DNA of 64,000 nt from an uncultured Trueperaceae bacterium (GTDB lineage: Bacteria > Deinococcota > Deinococci > Deinococcales > Trueperaceae). The notes under the pieces are model-generated. The model had not been told where the DNA came from, ran no database searches, and saw only the letters and a program-made list of their open reading frames with translations. The translations under genes and the position numbers were made by a program. Positions 41,499-51,463 of the stretch are shown piece by piece. How positions within the stretch are numbered: the first letter of the stretch is position 1; each line of letters opens with the position of its first letter. The stretch is from contig CAWFFU010000010.1 of the NCBI GenBank assembly GCA_963815215.1, forward strand, positions 96,001 to 160,000, read 5' to 3'.

Positions 41499-42566
41499 TC
41501 AGGACTCGGCCGGTAGGACGTGCAATGCATCGGCCGCGAGCGACAGGAAGACGCTGTCGCCGGCGGTCCGCATGCCGCGATCGGTGGGGTCGGTCTCGTC
41601 GATGACGAGCTCCCCCACGCCCTCGACCTCGACGAGGTACTCGGCGTGATTCCCCAGGAACACGGTGCGTCGGACCGTGCCTCGGAGCGGGCCGTCGGTC
41701 GTCGACATGAGGATGGCCTCGGGCCGCAGGACGAGCGTGACCCGGGACCCCTCAGCCACGTCGGGCGCATCGGGAAGGGGCCAACGCGCGCCGGCGACGT
41801 CCACGGCGCCGCCGGTGAAGATGGCGTCGACGAAGTTGACCTTGCCGATGAAGTCTGCGACGAAGCGGTTGGCGGGCCGCGCGTAGACCTCGCTCGGGGA
41901 GCCGATCTGCTCCACCGTTCCGCCGTTCATGACGACCAGCACGTCGGAGATGCTCATGGCCTCGACCTGGTCGTGCGTCACGTAGACGCTGGTGATCCCC
42001 AGCCGCTGTTGCAGGTCACGGATCTCCAGTCGCATCTGCTCGCGCAGCTTGGCGTCCAGATTGGACAGCGGCTCGTCGAACAGCAGCAGCCGGGGCTCCA
42101 TGACGATGCAGCGCGCCAGCGCCACGCGTTGCTGCTGGCCTCCCGACAGCTGGCTGGGCGACCTGCCCCCCAGGGCCCCGAGGCCGACCAGCTCGAGCAC
42201 CCGCCCGACACGCTCCCGGATCCCATGCCGGGATCCGCGCTTCAGGCGCAGGCCGAAAGCCACGTTCTCGAACACGCTCAAGTGGGGGAAGATGGCGTAC
42301 GACTGGAACACCATGGCGCTGTCCCGGACGTTGGGGGCCTCGTCATTGACGCGACGGTCACCGAAGTAGATGTCGCCTCCGGTCGGCTCCTCGAAGCCCG
42401 CGATCAACCGCAGCAGCGTGGTCTTGCCGCAGCCCGACGGGCCGAGCAGGGTGACGAGCGCTCCCTTCTCGATGTCAAGGCTCACGTCGTTGACGGCGAC
42501 GACGGTCTCGCCGCCGGGACTCTCGAACTCCTTGCGCAAGCGGTCGATTCGCAGGTCGGTTGCCAT
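41499..42566 (-). CDS. ABC ATPase (AfuC/FbpC/PotA-like)
   Basis: GPSGCGKTT, LSGGQQQR, LLFDEPLSNLD, TOBE-like C-terminus. Confidence 0.92.
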   Translation of the reverse strand: MATDLRIDRLRKEFESPGGETVVAVNDVSLDIEKGALVTLLGPSGCGKTTLLRLIAGFEEPTGGDIYFGDRRVNDEAPNVRDSAMVFQSYAIFPHLSVFENVAFGLRLKRGSRHGIRERVGRVLELVGLGALGGRSPSQLSGGQQQRVALARCIVMEPRLLLFDEPLSNLDAKLREQMRLEIRDLQQRLGITSVYVTHDQVEAMSISDVLVVMNGGTVEQIGSPSEVYARPANRFVADFIGKVNFVDAIFTGGAVDVAGARWPLPDAPDVAEGSRVTLVLRPEAILMSTTDGPLRGTVRRTVFLGNHAEYLVEVEGVGELVIDETDPTDRGMRTAGDSVFLSLAADALHVLPAES

Positions 42567-42576
42567 GCCGCTCCCT

Positions 42577-44250
42577 CTAGAACCGGATGGTGGAGGCCAC
42601 GTCGGCGCGGCGGCCGACCAGCAGGTCGATGACGACGATGGCGCTGAGCACGATGGCGAGCAGGACCATGCTGAACGCCGCGGCGACGCCCAGGCGGCCG
42701 GAGCCCACCTCGTTGAGGATCTGCACCGTCATGAGGTTCCAGTTGGCCGAGACCAGGAAGATCGCCGCGCTGATCGCCGTCATGGCGCGAACGAAGGCGA
42801 AGACCAGGCCCGAGAAGAAGGCCGGACCGATGAGCGGCAGCGTGACCTTGCGGAAGGTCGTGAGGCCGTCGGCGCCGAGGTTCTGGGCGGCTTCCTCGAT
42901 CGACGGATCGATCTGCCTGAGGATGGCGATGCCCGACTGGATCCCGACGGGGACGTAGCGGAACACGAAGTTCAGCACCAGGATGAGCAGGGTGCCGGTG
43001 AGCAGCAGCGGCAACCGGTTGAACGCCAGGATGTAGCCGATGCCGACCACGGTTCCCGGCACGGCGAAGTTGAGGATGGAACCGAACTCCATCGCCCCCT
43101 TGCCCGGGAACGAGCGACGCACGACCAGGAAGGCGATCAGCATGCCTAGGATGCCGCTGATGGGCGTGGACACCATGGCCACGATGAGCGTGTCCTTGAC
43201 CGTGTCGAACGCCACGTCGAAGACGTAGGCGAAGTGCTGCAGGGAGAGGTGGTAGTCGAACCCCCACACGCGGGTGGACGCGCCCACCAGGATGACCGCG
43301 TAGAACATCACCACCACGACCGCGAAGAACACGACCACGGCGTACAGCAGCCACTTGGCGAGGGGCGAGACGGCCTTGCTCACGGTGGCGCTGGGCTTAC
43401 CGGTCACGGTGACGTACTGGCGGCGCGAGAGGTACGCGCGTTGGATGGCGAACGCCGTCATGGACGGGATGAGCAGCACCACGGCCAGCATCGCGCCGCG
43501 CGCCAGGTTGAAGCTGCCGGTGATCTCGAGATAGGCCTGCGGGGCCAGCATCGGGAAGGCGGCCCCGGCCAGGACGAGAGGGTTACCGAAGTCCGCCATC
43601 GACTCGATGAACACCACCAGGAAGGCGCTGGCGACGCCGGGCAGGGAGAGCGGGAAGGTCACGCGCCAGAACACCTGCCAGCGGTTCGCCCCGATGTTGA
43701 GCGCAGCGTCCTCGAGCGTCGGATTGATCGAGGAGAGCACGCCGCGCAGCGACAGGTAGGCGATCGGTGCGAAGGTGAACACCTGCGACAGCACGACGCC
43801 GAAGAAGCCGTAGATGCGGAAGTCATGCAGGCCGAGGAGCTGCCGTGTGATGAGACCGTTGAAGCCGAACAGGAACAGGATGGAGATCGCTCCCGAGAAC
43901 GGGGGCGAGATGATCGGCAGGATGGTCAGCATGTGGAGCAGGCGCTTGCCGGGGACCTTGGTGCGCCCCAGCACGAACGCCGCGACGTAGCCGAGGATCA
44001 CGCCGAGCAGCCCCACCAGGGCACCGACGCTCAGGCTGTTCACCAGCGCGTTGCGGTACAGACGGCGCCGCGCGATCAGCTCGAAGTTGTCCAGGCCGAA
44101 CCCCGTGGGCGTGCGGAAGCTCGACAGTAGCACCAGCACCAGCGGGTACACCACGAACACCGCCAACGCCACGAAGATCGCGATCACCACGGCGAAAAGC
44201 ACGCGGTCACGCGCGAGCACGCGCAGTTGGGTTCGAGCACGATGGAGCAT
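42577..44250 (-). CDS. ABC permease (AfuB/FbpB-like, two TM modules)
   Basis: LEDAALNIGA and IEEAAQNLGA EAA loops; ISPPF; DFGNP. Confidence 0.9.
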   Translation of the reverse strand: MLHRARTQLRVLARDRVLFAVVIAIFVALAVFVVYPLVLVLLSSFRTPTGFGLDNFELIARRRLYRNALVNSLSVGALVGLLGVILGYVAAFVLGRTKVPGKRLLHMLTILPIISPPFSGAISILFLFGFNGLITRQLLGLHDFRIYGFFGVVLSQVFTFAPIAYLSLRGVLSSINPTLEDAALNIGANRWQVFWRVTFPLSLPGVASAFLVVFIESMADFGNPLVLAGAAFPMLAPQAYLEITGSFNLARGAMLAVVLLIPSMTAFAIQRAYLSRRQYVTVTGKPSATVSKAVSPLAKWLLYAVVVFFAVVVVMFYAVILVGASTRVWGFDYHLSLQHFAYVFDVAFDTVKDTLIVAMVSTPISGILGMLIAFLVVRRSFPGKGAMEFGSILNFAVPGTVVGIGYILAFNRLPLLLTGTLLILVLNFVFRYVPVGIQSGIAILRQIDPSIEEAAQNLGADGLTTFRKVTLPLIGPAFFSGLVFAFVRAMTAISAAIFLVSANWNLMTVQILNEVGSGRLGVAAAFSMVLLAIVLSAIVVIDLLVGRRADVASTIRF

Positions 44251-44265
44251 GGATGTGGGGTGAAG

Positions 44266-44291
44266 GAGGGGCGGGCCGGAGCCCGCCCCTC
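44266..44291 (-). terminator. Hairpin after SBP gene
   Basis: GAGGGGCGGGC-CGGA-GCCCGCCCCTC, perfect 11-bp stem. Confidence 0.55.
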
Positions 44292-44299
44292 AGCGGCCG

Positions 44300-45289
44300 C
44301 TACTGGCCCAGCACGTCCTGGACCCAGCGGTCCACGAGGCGTTGCCGATTGCCGGCCGCGTACGTGGGATCGAACGACACCAGCTTGATGCTGTCGAGAG
44401 AAGGGATGCCGGGCCCCGCGCTGACGTCGGCGCGGATCGGCAGGAAGTACGTCTTCTGGGTGGCCAGTGCCTGCTGGCCGTCCTTCGACGTCATCCAGTC
44501 CACCAGCTGCTGTGCCTCGCCCAGGTGGGTGGCGCCCTTCAGGATCGACATGGCGGCGACCTCGTAGCCGACGCCTTCGCTCGGGAACACGACCTTGACC
44601 GGGAAGCCCTCGTCGACCAGCTTGAGGAAGCCGGGCGTGAACTGGATCGCGATGGCGGTCTCACCGACGCCCAGCGAACCGCTCGGCGCCGTCCCGCTCT
44701 GGGTGTAGGTCTGCACGTTCGGGTTGAGCGCCTTCATGTAGGCGAAGGCGGCGTCCTCACCGAAGATCGCGCGCAGCGTCAGGATCACGTTGTAGGCGGT
44801 GCCGGACGACTGCGGCGACGGCATCTGCACCAGGCCCTTGTACTCGGGCTTGGTGAGGTCCGCCCAGCTCGCGGGTACGGCGGCGCCCCGCTGCGAAAGG
44901 ATGTCGGTCCGCACGCCGAAGGCGAGCGGGTTCGTGTAGATGGCGTGCCAGGAGCCCGCGGCGTCCTTGAAGTTCGCCGGCAGCGCGTCGGCGTTGGCGG
45001 AGACGTAGGGCTGGGTGAGGCCACGTTCCTTGGCGAGGATGTGGTTCTCGCTGGGCGCCCCGAACCAGACGTCCGCCTGCGGCCGGTTCTTCTCGGCCTC
45101 GATGCGCGACAGCGCCGGGCCGGACGACAGGAACACCATCTGGACCTGAACGCCCGTCGCGTCTGTGAAGGCGCTGAGGATCTTGCGGGCGTTCTCCTCG
45201 TCGACGCTGGAGTAGACGACGAGCTGGGCCGACGCCCAGGTGAAGCCCAGAGCGAGGATCGCGAGAATCACGACACGGATCTTCCGCAT
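44300..45289 (-). CDS. ABC substrate-binding protein (AfuA/FbpA-like)
   Basis: Signal peptide, EKNRPQADVWFG, PQSSGTAY, PSEGVGYE; GGGAGG RBS. Confidence 0.85.
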   Translation of the reverse strand: MRKIRVVILAILALGFTWASAQLVVYSSVDEENARKILSAFTDATGVQVQMVFLSSGPALSRIEAEKNRPQADVWFGAPSENHILAKERGLTQPYVSANADALPANFKDAAGSWHAIYTNPLAFGVRTDILSQRGAAVPASWADLTKPEYKGLVQMPSPQSSGTAYNVILTLRAIFGEDAAFAYMKALNPNVQTYTQSGTAPSGSLGVGETAIAIQFTPGFLKLVDEGFPVKVVFPSEGVGYEVAAMSILKGATHLGEAQQLVDWMTSKDGQQALATQKTYFLPIRADVSAGPGIPSLDSIKLVSFDPTYAAGNRQRLVDRWVQDVLGQ

Positions 45290-45502
45290 GCGACTCACCT
45301 CCCACGGAGCGACCCCTTCGCGAGAGTCCTTGGACCGTGCGCGCTCCGTTGCGCCAAGGTAGCCGCGGGCCCGGCACGGGGGGGTCGGTGGAAAGCAGGA
45401 CACGAGGGGGTGGGAATCGTCCCCACGGGGCGGGGCGTTGGGGTGTGGGGGGACGGGTGTGGGGGACGTCGGCGAACGCGGTCGCGCGGCCGCCGCGCCC
45501 GG

Positions 45503-46174
45503 TCAGCCGGTCTTGCGGTAGAGCGCGTTGACGGTGGTGCGGTGGCCCCGCTCCGTCGCCACGCGCACGGCCTGCGTGGCCTCGGCCGGCTCGAACCCGT
45601 GCCGAGCGAAGGCGGCGTCGAGCGCCTCGGGCGCGAGCAGGGTGATGCGGTCGTGCGGTCCCCCGAAACCGAAGTAGACGTTGGCTTCGTCGGGCACCGG
45701 CTCGAGCGCGACGCCGTGCGGGCGCGAGTCGGGGGCGAAGCTGGCGACCAGGCAGTGCCCGCCGGTCACGAGCACGCGTGCCGTGCCGGCCAGGGAGCGC
45801 TCCCACTCGCCGGCGGTGCCCGCGTTCTGGAACGCGCCGAGCGCGATCACCAGCTCGAAGCTGCCGTCGGGGAACGTGCTGAGGTCGTCCATGCGGCCCT
45901 GGACCACGCGGCGGCGCGCCTCGTCGGCGCCCACCAGCGGCGCCAGCCGCGCCCGTGCCGCCTCGACCATGGCGGCCGAGGCGTCGAGCGCCCACACATC
46001 GGCGCCGGCCGCTGCCAGATGGAGGGTGTTGCGGCCCGCCGCGCAGCCGATGTCCAGCGCGCGCAGTCGGGCGGGATCGCGCTGCGCCAGCCACGCCAGC
46101 AGGCGGCGATCGGGCTCGCGCGCACCGAAGCGCTCGACGATGTCGGGACGTTCCCAGAAGGACGAGCCACTCAT
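45503..46174 (-). CDS. Class I SAM-dependent methyltransferase
   Basis: ALDIGCAAGRN, ALDAS, FPDGSFELVI. Confidence 0.85.
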   Translation of the reverse strand: MSGSSFWERPDIVERFGAREPDRRLLAWLAQRDPARLRALDIGCAAGRNTLHLAAAGADVWALDASAAMVEAARARLAPLVGADEARRRVVQGRMDDLSTFPDGSFELVIALGAFQNAGTAGEWERSLAGTARVLVTGGHCLVASFAPDSRPHGVALEPVPDEANVYFGFGGPHDRITLLAPEALDAAFARHGFEPAEATQAVRVATERGHRTTVNALYRKTG

Positions 46175-46365
46175 GAGCCCATTGTGGCGCACGACGGTGA
46201 GAGGGCGCCCGACGGCGGCCCAGGTCGGTGCGTCCGTAGGCAGGGCGGTGCATCCTCCGCGGCGGCGCGCGTTCCGGCGGCAATCGCGCAACGGGCGCGT
46301 GACGGCAGGCGCTATCGTGGAGTCGTGAACGTTCGCTCGCTCTCCACGATCAAGGAAGCCCGACC

Positions 46366-47328
46366 ATGAACGCATCTTCGCGCTCTGCAGGGAAGCAGCG
46401 CGGGCTCGAGGCCTGCGTGACGCCACGAGGCATCATCGCGGCGCTGGCCATCGATCAGCGCGGCAGCCTGCGCAAGGCGCTCGCGAAGGCTGCGGGCAAG
46501 GGGCCCGCAGAGGTGACCGACGCCGATCTCGCCACCTTCAAGGCGGTGGTGACGCGCGAGCTGACGCCCTGGGCGTCGGCGGTGCTGCTCGACCCGCTCT
46601 ACGGCTGGGAGGCGGCCGCCGACCGGGCGCCCGCCGCGGGACTCATCGTCGCCTACGAGAAGAGCGGCTACGACGCCACCGACGAGCACCGCATGCCGAC
46701 GCTGTTGCCGGAGTGGTCGGCCGGCCGCTTGAAGGAGGCAGGCGCGGACGTCGTCAAGGTGCTGGTCTACTACGATCCCGCCAGCCCCGCTGAGGTCAAC
46801 GAACGCAAACAGGCGTTGGTCCGGCGCGTCGGTGAGGAGTGCCGGGAGGCCGACGTCGCCTACTTCCTGGAGCCGGTCACCTACGACGGCGCTGGCACGG
46901 GCGGGGCCGAGGCCAAGCCGGAACGGGTCACGCGAAGCATCGCCGAGTGGACCCGGCCCGAGTACGGCGTGGACGTGCTGAAGGTGGAGGTGCCGGTGGA
47001 TCCGAGCTGGCTCCAGCCCGGGGCCCTGGCGTCGCAGCGCGAGCGGGTGCTGTCCGCCATGCGGCAGGCGACGGAGGCGTCGACGGTGCCCCTCATCTTC
47101 CTGTCGGCGGGTGTGGACATGGAGCTCTTCGTCCGCTCGCTCGAGCTCGCCGGCGAGGCGGGCGCGCGCTTCAACGGTGTGCTGTGCGGCCGCGCCACCT
47201 GGAAGGGCGGTATCGCCGCCTATGCGGGCGGCGGGGAGCCGGCGCTGGAGGCGTGGCTGCGAAGTGAAGGGATGGCCAACATCGAGCGCCTCAACGAGGC
47301 GCTGGAAGCGAGCGCCGCCGCGCTCTAG
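46366..47328 (+). CDS. lacD: Tagatose-1,6-bisphosphate aldolase-like class I aldolase
   Basis: ALAIDQRGSL, LLDPLYG, AYEKSGYD, DVLKVEVP, FLSAGV, GVLCGRATW. Confidence 0.82.
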   Translation: MNASSRSAGKQRGLEACVTPRGIIAALAIDQRGSLRKALAKAAGKGPAEVTDADLATFKAVVTRELTPWASAVLLDPLYGWEAAADRAPAAGLIVAYEKSGYDATDEHRMPTLLPEWSAGRLKEAGADVVKVLVYYDPASPAEVNERKQALVRRVGEECREADVAYFLEPVTYDGAGTGGAEAKPERVTRSIAEWTRPEYGVDVLKVEVPVDPSWLQPGALASQRERVLSAMRQATEASTVPLIFLSAGVDMELFVRSLELAGEAGARFNGVLCGRATWKGGIAAYAGGGEPALEAWLRSEGMANIERLNEALEASAAAL

Positions 47329-47417
47329 CCGCCGCGCTCGAAGCGCCGCGCTCGAGGCGCCGTTCGCGCCGCTCCCGGCGATTCCGTCGGGCCTTCGCGA
47401 GCGGCGTAGACTGCCGC

Positions 47418-47906
47418 ATGAGTGCCGAGCGAGAAGCCGTCTGTGTGCGCGCCGCGACCCGCGAAGACCTTCCCTTCGTGCGCGCCCTGGCCGCACGGCT
47501 GGTCTCCTTCGAGGGGCTTATGACGCGCGACCCGGCGGCCGTCCTGGCCAGCTCCGAGCGCGCGCTCGAGGAGGCCGTCGAGCAGACGGTGCAGGGGTCG
47601 CCCACGGTGGCGGTGCTGGTGGCCGAGGCCGCGGGTGGGGCGCGGCTCGGTTGCGTTCAGGTGCAGCGCGGCGTCGAGTACTTCTCGGGCGATCCCGAGG
47701 CCTACGTGGGGGTGCTGGCTGTGGCGGATCACGCCGAGGGACGAGGTGTCGGGCGCGTCTTGATGGAGGGGGCCGAGACGTGGGCGCGGGAGCGTGGGCT
47801 CAGTCGTCTCGCGCTCGAGGTGTTCGCGAACAACGGCGGAGCGCGCGCCTTCTACGAGCGGCTGGGGTTCGCCGAGGACTCCCTGCGGGTGGTCAAGCGG
47901 CTCTGA
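47418..47906 (+). CDS. GNAT acetyltransferase
   Basis: LAV...EGRGVGRVLM, NNGGARAFYERLGF. Confidence 0.85.
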   Translation: MSAEREAVCVRAATREDLPFVRALAARLVSFEGLMTRDPAAVLASSERALEEAVEQTVQGSPTVAVLVAEAAGGARLGCVQVQRGVEYFSGDPEAYVGVLAVADHAEGRGVGRVLMEGAETWARERGLSRLALEVFANNGGARAFYERLGFAEDSLRVVKRL

Positions 47907-50900
47907 AGGGGCCCACCGGCTCCCACCGCGACACTCCACCAGCGCGTGAGTCGGTCCGCTTCGTCCAGCAACGCTGCGGCCTCGACGCCGTCCGCGCCCG
48001 AGCTCGTCCCGTGCTGCGCCAGCGCCCCAAGCAGGCGCTGGCGCAGCCCTGCCTCGTCGAGCACCGGCCGGTCATCGAGGTAGCCGTGGTCGAGCAGCCA
48101 ATCCTGCAACTGTTCGCGGGCCTCGTTGCGAAAGCGGGCCACCTGGCCGTTCTCGAGGCCCTCCAGGAGCCTGCGAGCGTCCCCCCCGACGCGGGCGGAG
48201 AGGTCGTCGACCCGATCGAGGAAGGTGGCCGTAACGGCGTCCGAGGCCTCGAGCGCGGCCCGGTCCACGGGGCGCCCTCGGCCGCGCCGCCAGCCTTCCA
48301 GGAACGGGTCGATCGCAGCGGCTCGCGCCTCGAGGCGTGCACGCTCGGCCCCGGTCAGCAACCCGCCGCCGCCCTCGTCACGAAGGAACGCCCGCAGCGT
48401 GCCGAGGCGCTCCACGCCCGCGCGCAGCAGGCGGTGGAGCAGTGGTAAATCGTCGCGCAGGAGGTGGAAGAGGTGGCAGGCGTCGCCCGGCCGCCAGGGG
48501 TCGACGGGGGGCACGGCCAGAGCGGCTCCGTACGCCTCCGGCGTCCTGCCGTCGGGCGCGGGGGGATCGCTGTGGGCGGGAAGGGCCAGCGCTTCGGGCC
48601 CCGCGACGGCCCGGCCGAGGCGCCGCACGCTTGCGATGTCGATCAGGTGGGGTGCCCCGTCGCGCTCGGCCGCGGCTCCGTCGCGTGCCGGAGGGGCGGC
48701 GTCCCGCTCCGACGGGGCCTCCCAGAGGAGGGCGTCCTCGGCTCGGGCGGAGAGGTAGAAGAGCTGCCGGCCCCCCTCGCGGGCAAGCACGCTCAGGCTG
48801 TGGGCCACCGCCCGGAAGCGATCGACGTCGGCAGTGGTGAGCGCCTCGTCCAGGAACAGCGGCAGCGACGCTCGTCCCCTCTCGGCCTCCGTGGCGAACG
48901 CCACCCGCACCGCCAGCAGGAGCTGCGCACGCGTTCCCGTGGAGAGCTCGGTCAGCGATCGACGTTCACCGCTGGCGGTCTCCCGGGCCGCGAAATCGCC
49001 CTGGCGGCCGCCATCGAACAGCAGCTCGTACTGGTCGCGCGTGAAGCGGCGGAACCAGCTCGCAGCGCGGCGCAGCGCGTCTGGCTGGCTGGTCTGCTCG
49101 TGCTCGGTCTCGACCGTGTCGAGCAAGAAGGCGCCGGCCTCGGCGTAGAGAGCCTCGTCGAGCCGATCGGCGAGCGTGTCGGAGGCCTGCTGCCACTCCT
49201 GGCGCGCGCGTTCGAGGTCGCGCTCCGATCCCGCCCGCCGGACGCGTTCGCGCGTGACGGCGATCCTCTCGGAGATCTCCTTGGCGGCGGCCGCCGTCTG
49301 CCGCAGCTCCGCGAGGCGGGCGCGAATCGCGTCGGAATCGTCCGCGTCGGCGCGTTCGAGCAGGTCCGGGCGGTGCCCCAGCTCCTGGCGGCGATCGCCC
49401 TCCCGCAACGCGGCGTCGCGCAGCGCCTCCCTCCGCCGCCGGTAGACGTCGAGGCGGCCGAGCCGTTGGTGGAGCTCCCGCTCGGCGTCGCGTAGTCCCG
49501 CTTCACCCTCGCCGGCGTCCAGACCGGCGCCCGCGAGGAGGGTGCGGACCGAGGCGCGCGCCCGCTCCAGGTCGCGCTCGGCACGTTCGATGGCGGCCCG
49601 CGCGCCCTCCCGGTCCCTGCGGGCGTCGTCACGCATCGTCAGACGTCCGGATAGGGCGCTCCAGCGCGACTCGAGTAACGCGACCGGGGGCGCAGGCTCG
49701 TCGACCGCCTCGCCGTGCTCGTCCAGGAATACCCGCAGGGCAGCCGTGGAGGCGTCGAGACGTTGGCGGCGTGGTGCGCGTTTGGCATCGATGCCGCGCA
49801 GCTTGAGTCCTGCGCGGTCGACCGCGTCGACCAGACGGAGCCAGCGCTCGAGCCCGGCGTCGAGCACTGCGGGGTCGAAGCCCACGCGCTCCGCCAGCTC
49901 GCCGAGACCGCGTTCGGCCTCGGCCTGCCGGGCCAGCGCCGCCGCCCGCCGGCGCTCGGCCTCGGCACGCTGTTCCAGCCGCGTGCGCAGGCCCTCGGCG
50001 CGGGCGACGGCAGCTTCGAGGGCGTCGAGACGACGGCTTACGCTCGGCGCGCTCCAGGTCTCGGGAGCCGCGAGGCCGCTCCGGCGGAAGCGCTCGTGCG
50101 CGTGGTCCCGCTCGCGGGCGGCCGCGCCGTCGCGGAGCAAGAGCGGCAGGCCGGCGAGCAGCGCGCCCGCCAGACCGGCCAGCGGCAGCGTCTGTGCCCC
50201 ACCGAGGAAGGCGAGCACGAGCGCGCCGCCGCCGCCTCCCAGCACGAGCGCCAGGCCGAGCCCGCGCGCCGCCGTCCAGCGCGGCCTGCGGGCGGCGGAG
50301 AGCCATGCCGCCAGGGCGTCACGCGCCGTCTTCAGGCGCTCAGGGGGTTCCTCCTCGTCGTCGGGCGTGGGCAACCGGTCGAGCTCGTGCCGGAGCTCGC
50401 GCAGCTCCGCGTCGACCGAGCGCTTCGCTTCCAACGCGGTGTCGACGGCGCTCAGAGTGGCCGGGTCCAGCTTCGGGCCCGGGTCCGGGTGGGCCTCCGG
50501 GCCGAACGCGCTGCGCGCCAGCTCGAGCTCCGCTCGCGCCTCGCGCCGCCGGTCCTCCAGGGCCGCGAGCTCCGAAGCCTCGCGTTGCATCTCCTTGAGG
50601 AGCTGGTTGCGTTCTTCGAGGTCCGATCGCTTCAATACGCTGAGCTCGAGCCCGGAGGTCTCCAGGGTCCGGCCCGCCTCTTCGTCGCGGCGGCGCGCGG
50701 CGGCGAGCTCCGCTTCGGACGCTTCGATCTCGGTGTGCAGGGCATCGAGTCGTTCCGCTTCTCCGCCGACCAGGCGCTTCATGCCCTCCGGGAAGCCGTC
50801 GAGCTCGGCGCGCGCGCGCTCGACGTCGCGCCGCGCCTCGATGAGACCGAGCGCGTGGTCGTGCTCGTCGGCGTGGTGCGCCGCGGCCTCCGCCTCCCGC

Positions 50901-51463
50901 TCCTGCCGGAGCCAGCGTTCGATCTGCTCCTCCTGCTGAACCAGCTGCTCGCGTTCCCGCAGCACCGCGTTGAGCGCCTCGGTCGCGCGCTGGAGGCGCT
51001 TCGCTTCGCTCTGGCCGCTGCCGTGGCCGCGGAAGGGCCCGCGCTCGCGGACCTCGGCGAGGTCGTAGCCGCCGGACAGATCGAGCGCGAGCTGCCGCGC
51101 GATGAGGGCGTCGGTCGTGCCGGCCGCGGTGAGGTCCTCGACGCCGAGCGTGTAGCAGCCGAGCAGGTGATGCTCGGGCAGGCCCGGTCGCGGCACCGCC
51201 CGGCCGTCGCGGCTCCAGCTCACCGCGTCGCCGGCACGGCTCACCCGCAGCTCGCCGTCGTCGTCCTCGAACAGGGCCTCCAGGATCACGCCGGAGCCGC
51301 GCTGCTCCTCGGGGTAGAGCAGGGCTTGCACGGCACGCAGCACGCTGCTCTTGCCCGACGCGTTGGGCCCCACCACGACGTTCACGCCCGGATCGACGTC
51401 GGTCAGCTCGAAGCCGGGGTGGATGCCCGGCAGCCTGTCGACGCGGAGCCTGCGCAGCCTCAT
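47852..51463 (-). CDS. YhaN-like (AAA_27) Rad50/SbcC-type coiled-coil ATPase
   Basis: Walker A GPNASGKS, long coiled coil, central hydrophobic hairpin, LSTGTRAQL signature, Walker B LFLDE. Confidence 0.85.
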   Translation of the reverse strand: MRLRRLRVDRLPGIHPGFELTDVDPGVNVVVGPNASGKSSVLRAVQALLYPEEQRGSGVILEALFEDDDGELRVSRAGDAVSWSRDGRAVPRPGLPEHHLLGCYTLGVEDLTAAGTTDALIARQLALDLSGGYDLAEVRERGPFRGHGSGQSEAKRLQRATEALNAVLREREQLVQQEEQIERWLRQEREAEAAAHHADEHDHALGLIEARRDVERARAELDGFPEGMKRLVGGEAERLDALHTEIEASEAELAAARRRDEEAGRTLETSGLELSVLKRSDLEERNQLLKEMQREASELAALEDRRREARAELELARSAFGPEAHPDPGPKLDPATLSAVDTALEAKRSVDAELRELRHELDRLPTPDDEEEPPERLKTARDALAAWLSAARRPRWTAARGLGLALVLGGGGGALVLAFLGGAQTLPLAGLAGALLAGLPLLLRDGAAARERDHAHERFRRSGLAAPETWSAPSVSRRLDALEAAVARAEGLRTRLEQRAEAERRRAAALARQAEAERGLGELAERVGFDPAVLDAGLERWLRLVDAVDRAGLKLRGIDAKRAPRRQRLDASTAALRVFLDEHGEAVDEPAPPVALLESRWSALSGRLTMRDDARRDREGARAAIERAERDLERARASVRTLLAGAGLDAGEGEAGLRDAERELHQRLGRLDVYRRRREALRDAALREGDRRQELGHRPDLLERADADDSDAIRARLAELRQTAAAAKEISERIAVTRERVRRAGSERDLERARQEWQQASDTLADRLDEALYAEAGAFLLDTVETEHEQTSQPDALRRAASWFRRFTRDQYELLFDGGRQGDFAARETASGERRSLTELSTGTRAQLLLAVRVAFATEAERGRASLPLFLDEALTTADVDRFRAVAHSLSVLAREGGRQLFYLSARAEDALLWEAPSERDAAPPARDGAAAERDGAPHLIDIASVRRLGRAVAGPEALALPAHSDPPAPDGRTPEAYGAALAVPPVDPWRPGDACHLFHLLRDDLPLLHRLLRAGVERLGTLRAFLRDEGGGGLLTGAERARLEARAAAIDPFLEGWRRGRGRPVDRAALEASDAVTATFLDRVDDLSARVGGDARRLLEGLENGQVARFRNEAREQLQDWLLDHGYLDDRPVLDEAGLRQRLLGALAQHGTSSGADGVEAAALLDEADRLTRWWSVAVGAGGPLQSRLTTRRESSANPSRS

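Noticed and set aside
45290..45400. TPP riboswitch before the SBP
   Set aside because: No CTGAGA or CCTGA core
47316..47353. CGCCGCGCTC x3 after lacD; ATGCATCCGCA x2 at 37855-37880
   Set aside because: Short local duplications, plausible by slippage in GC-rich DNA
47852..47906. 55-bp convergent overlap of GNAT and YhaN-like genes
   Set aside because: Likely stop-codon drift of a low-complexity tail
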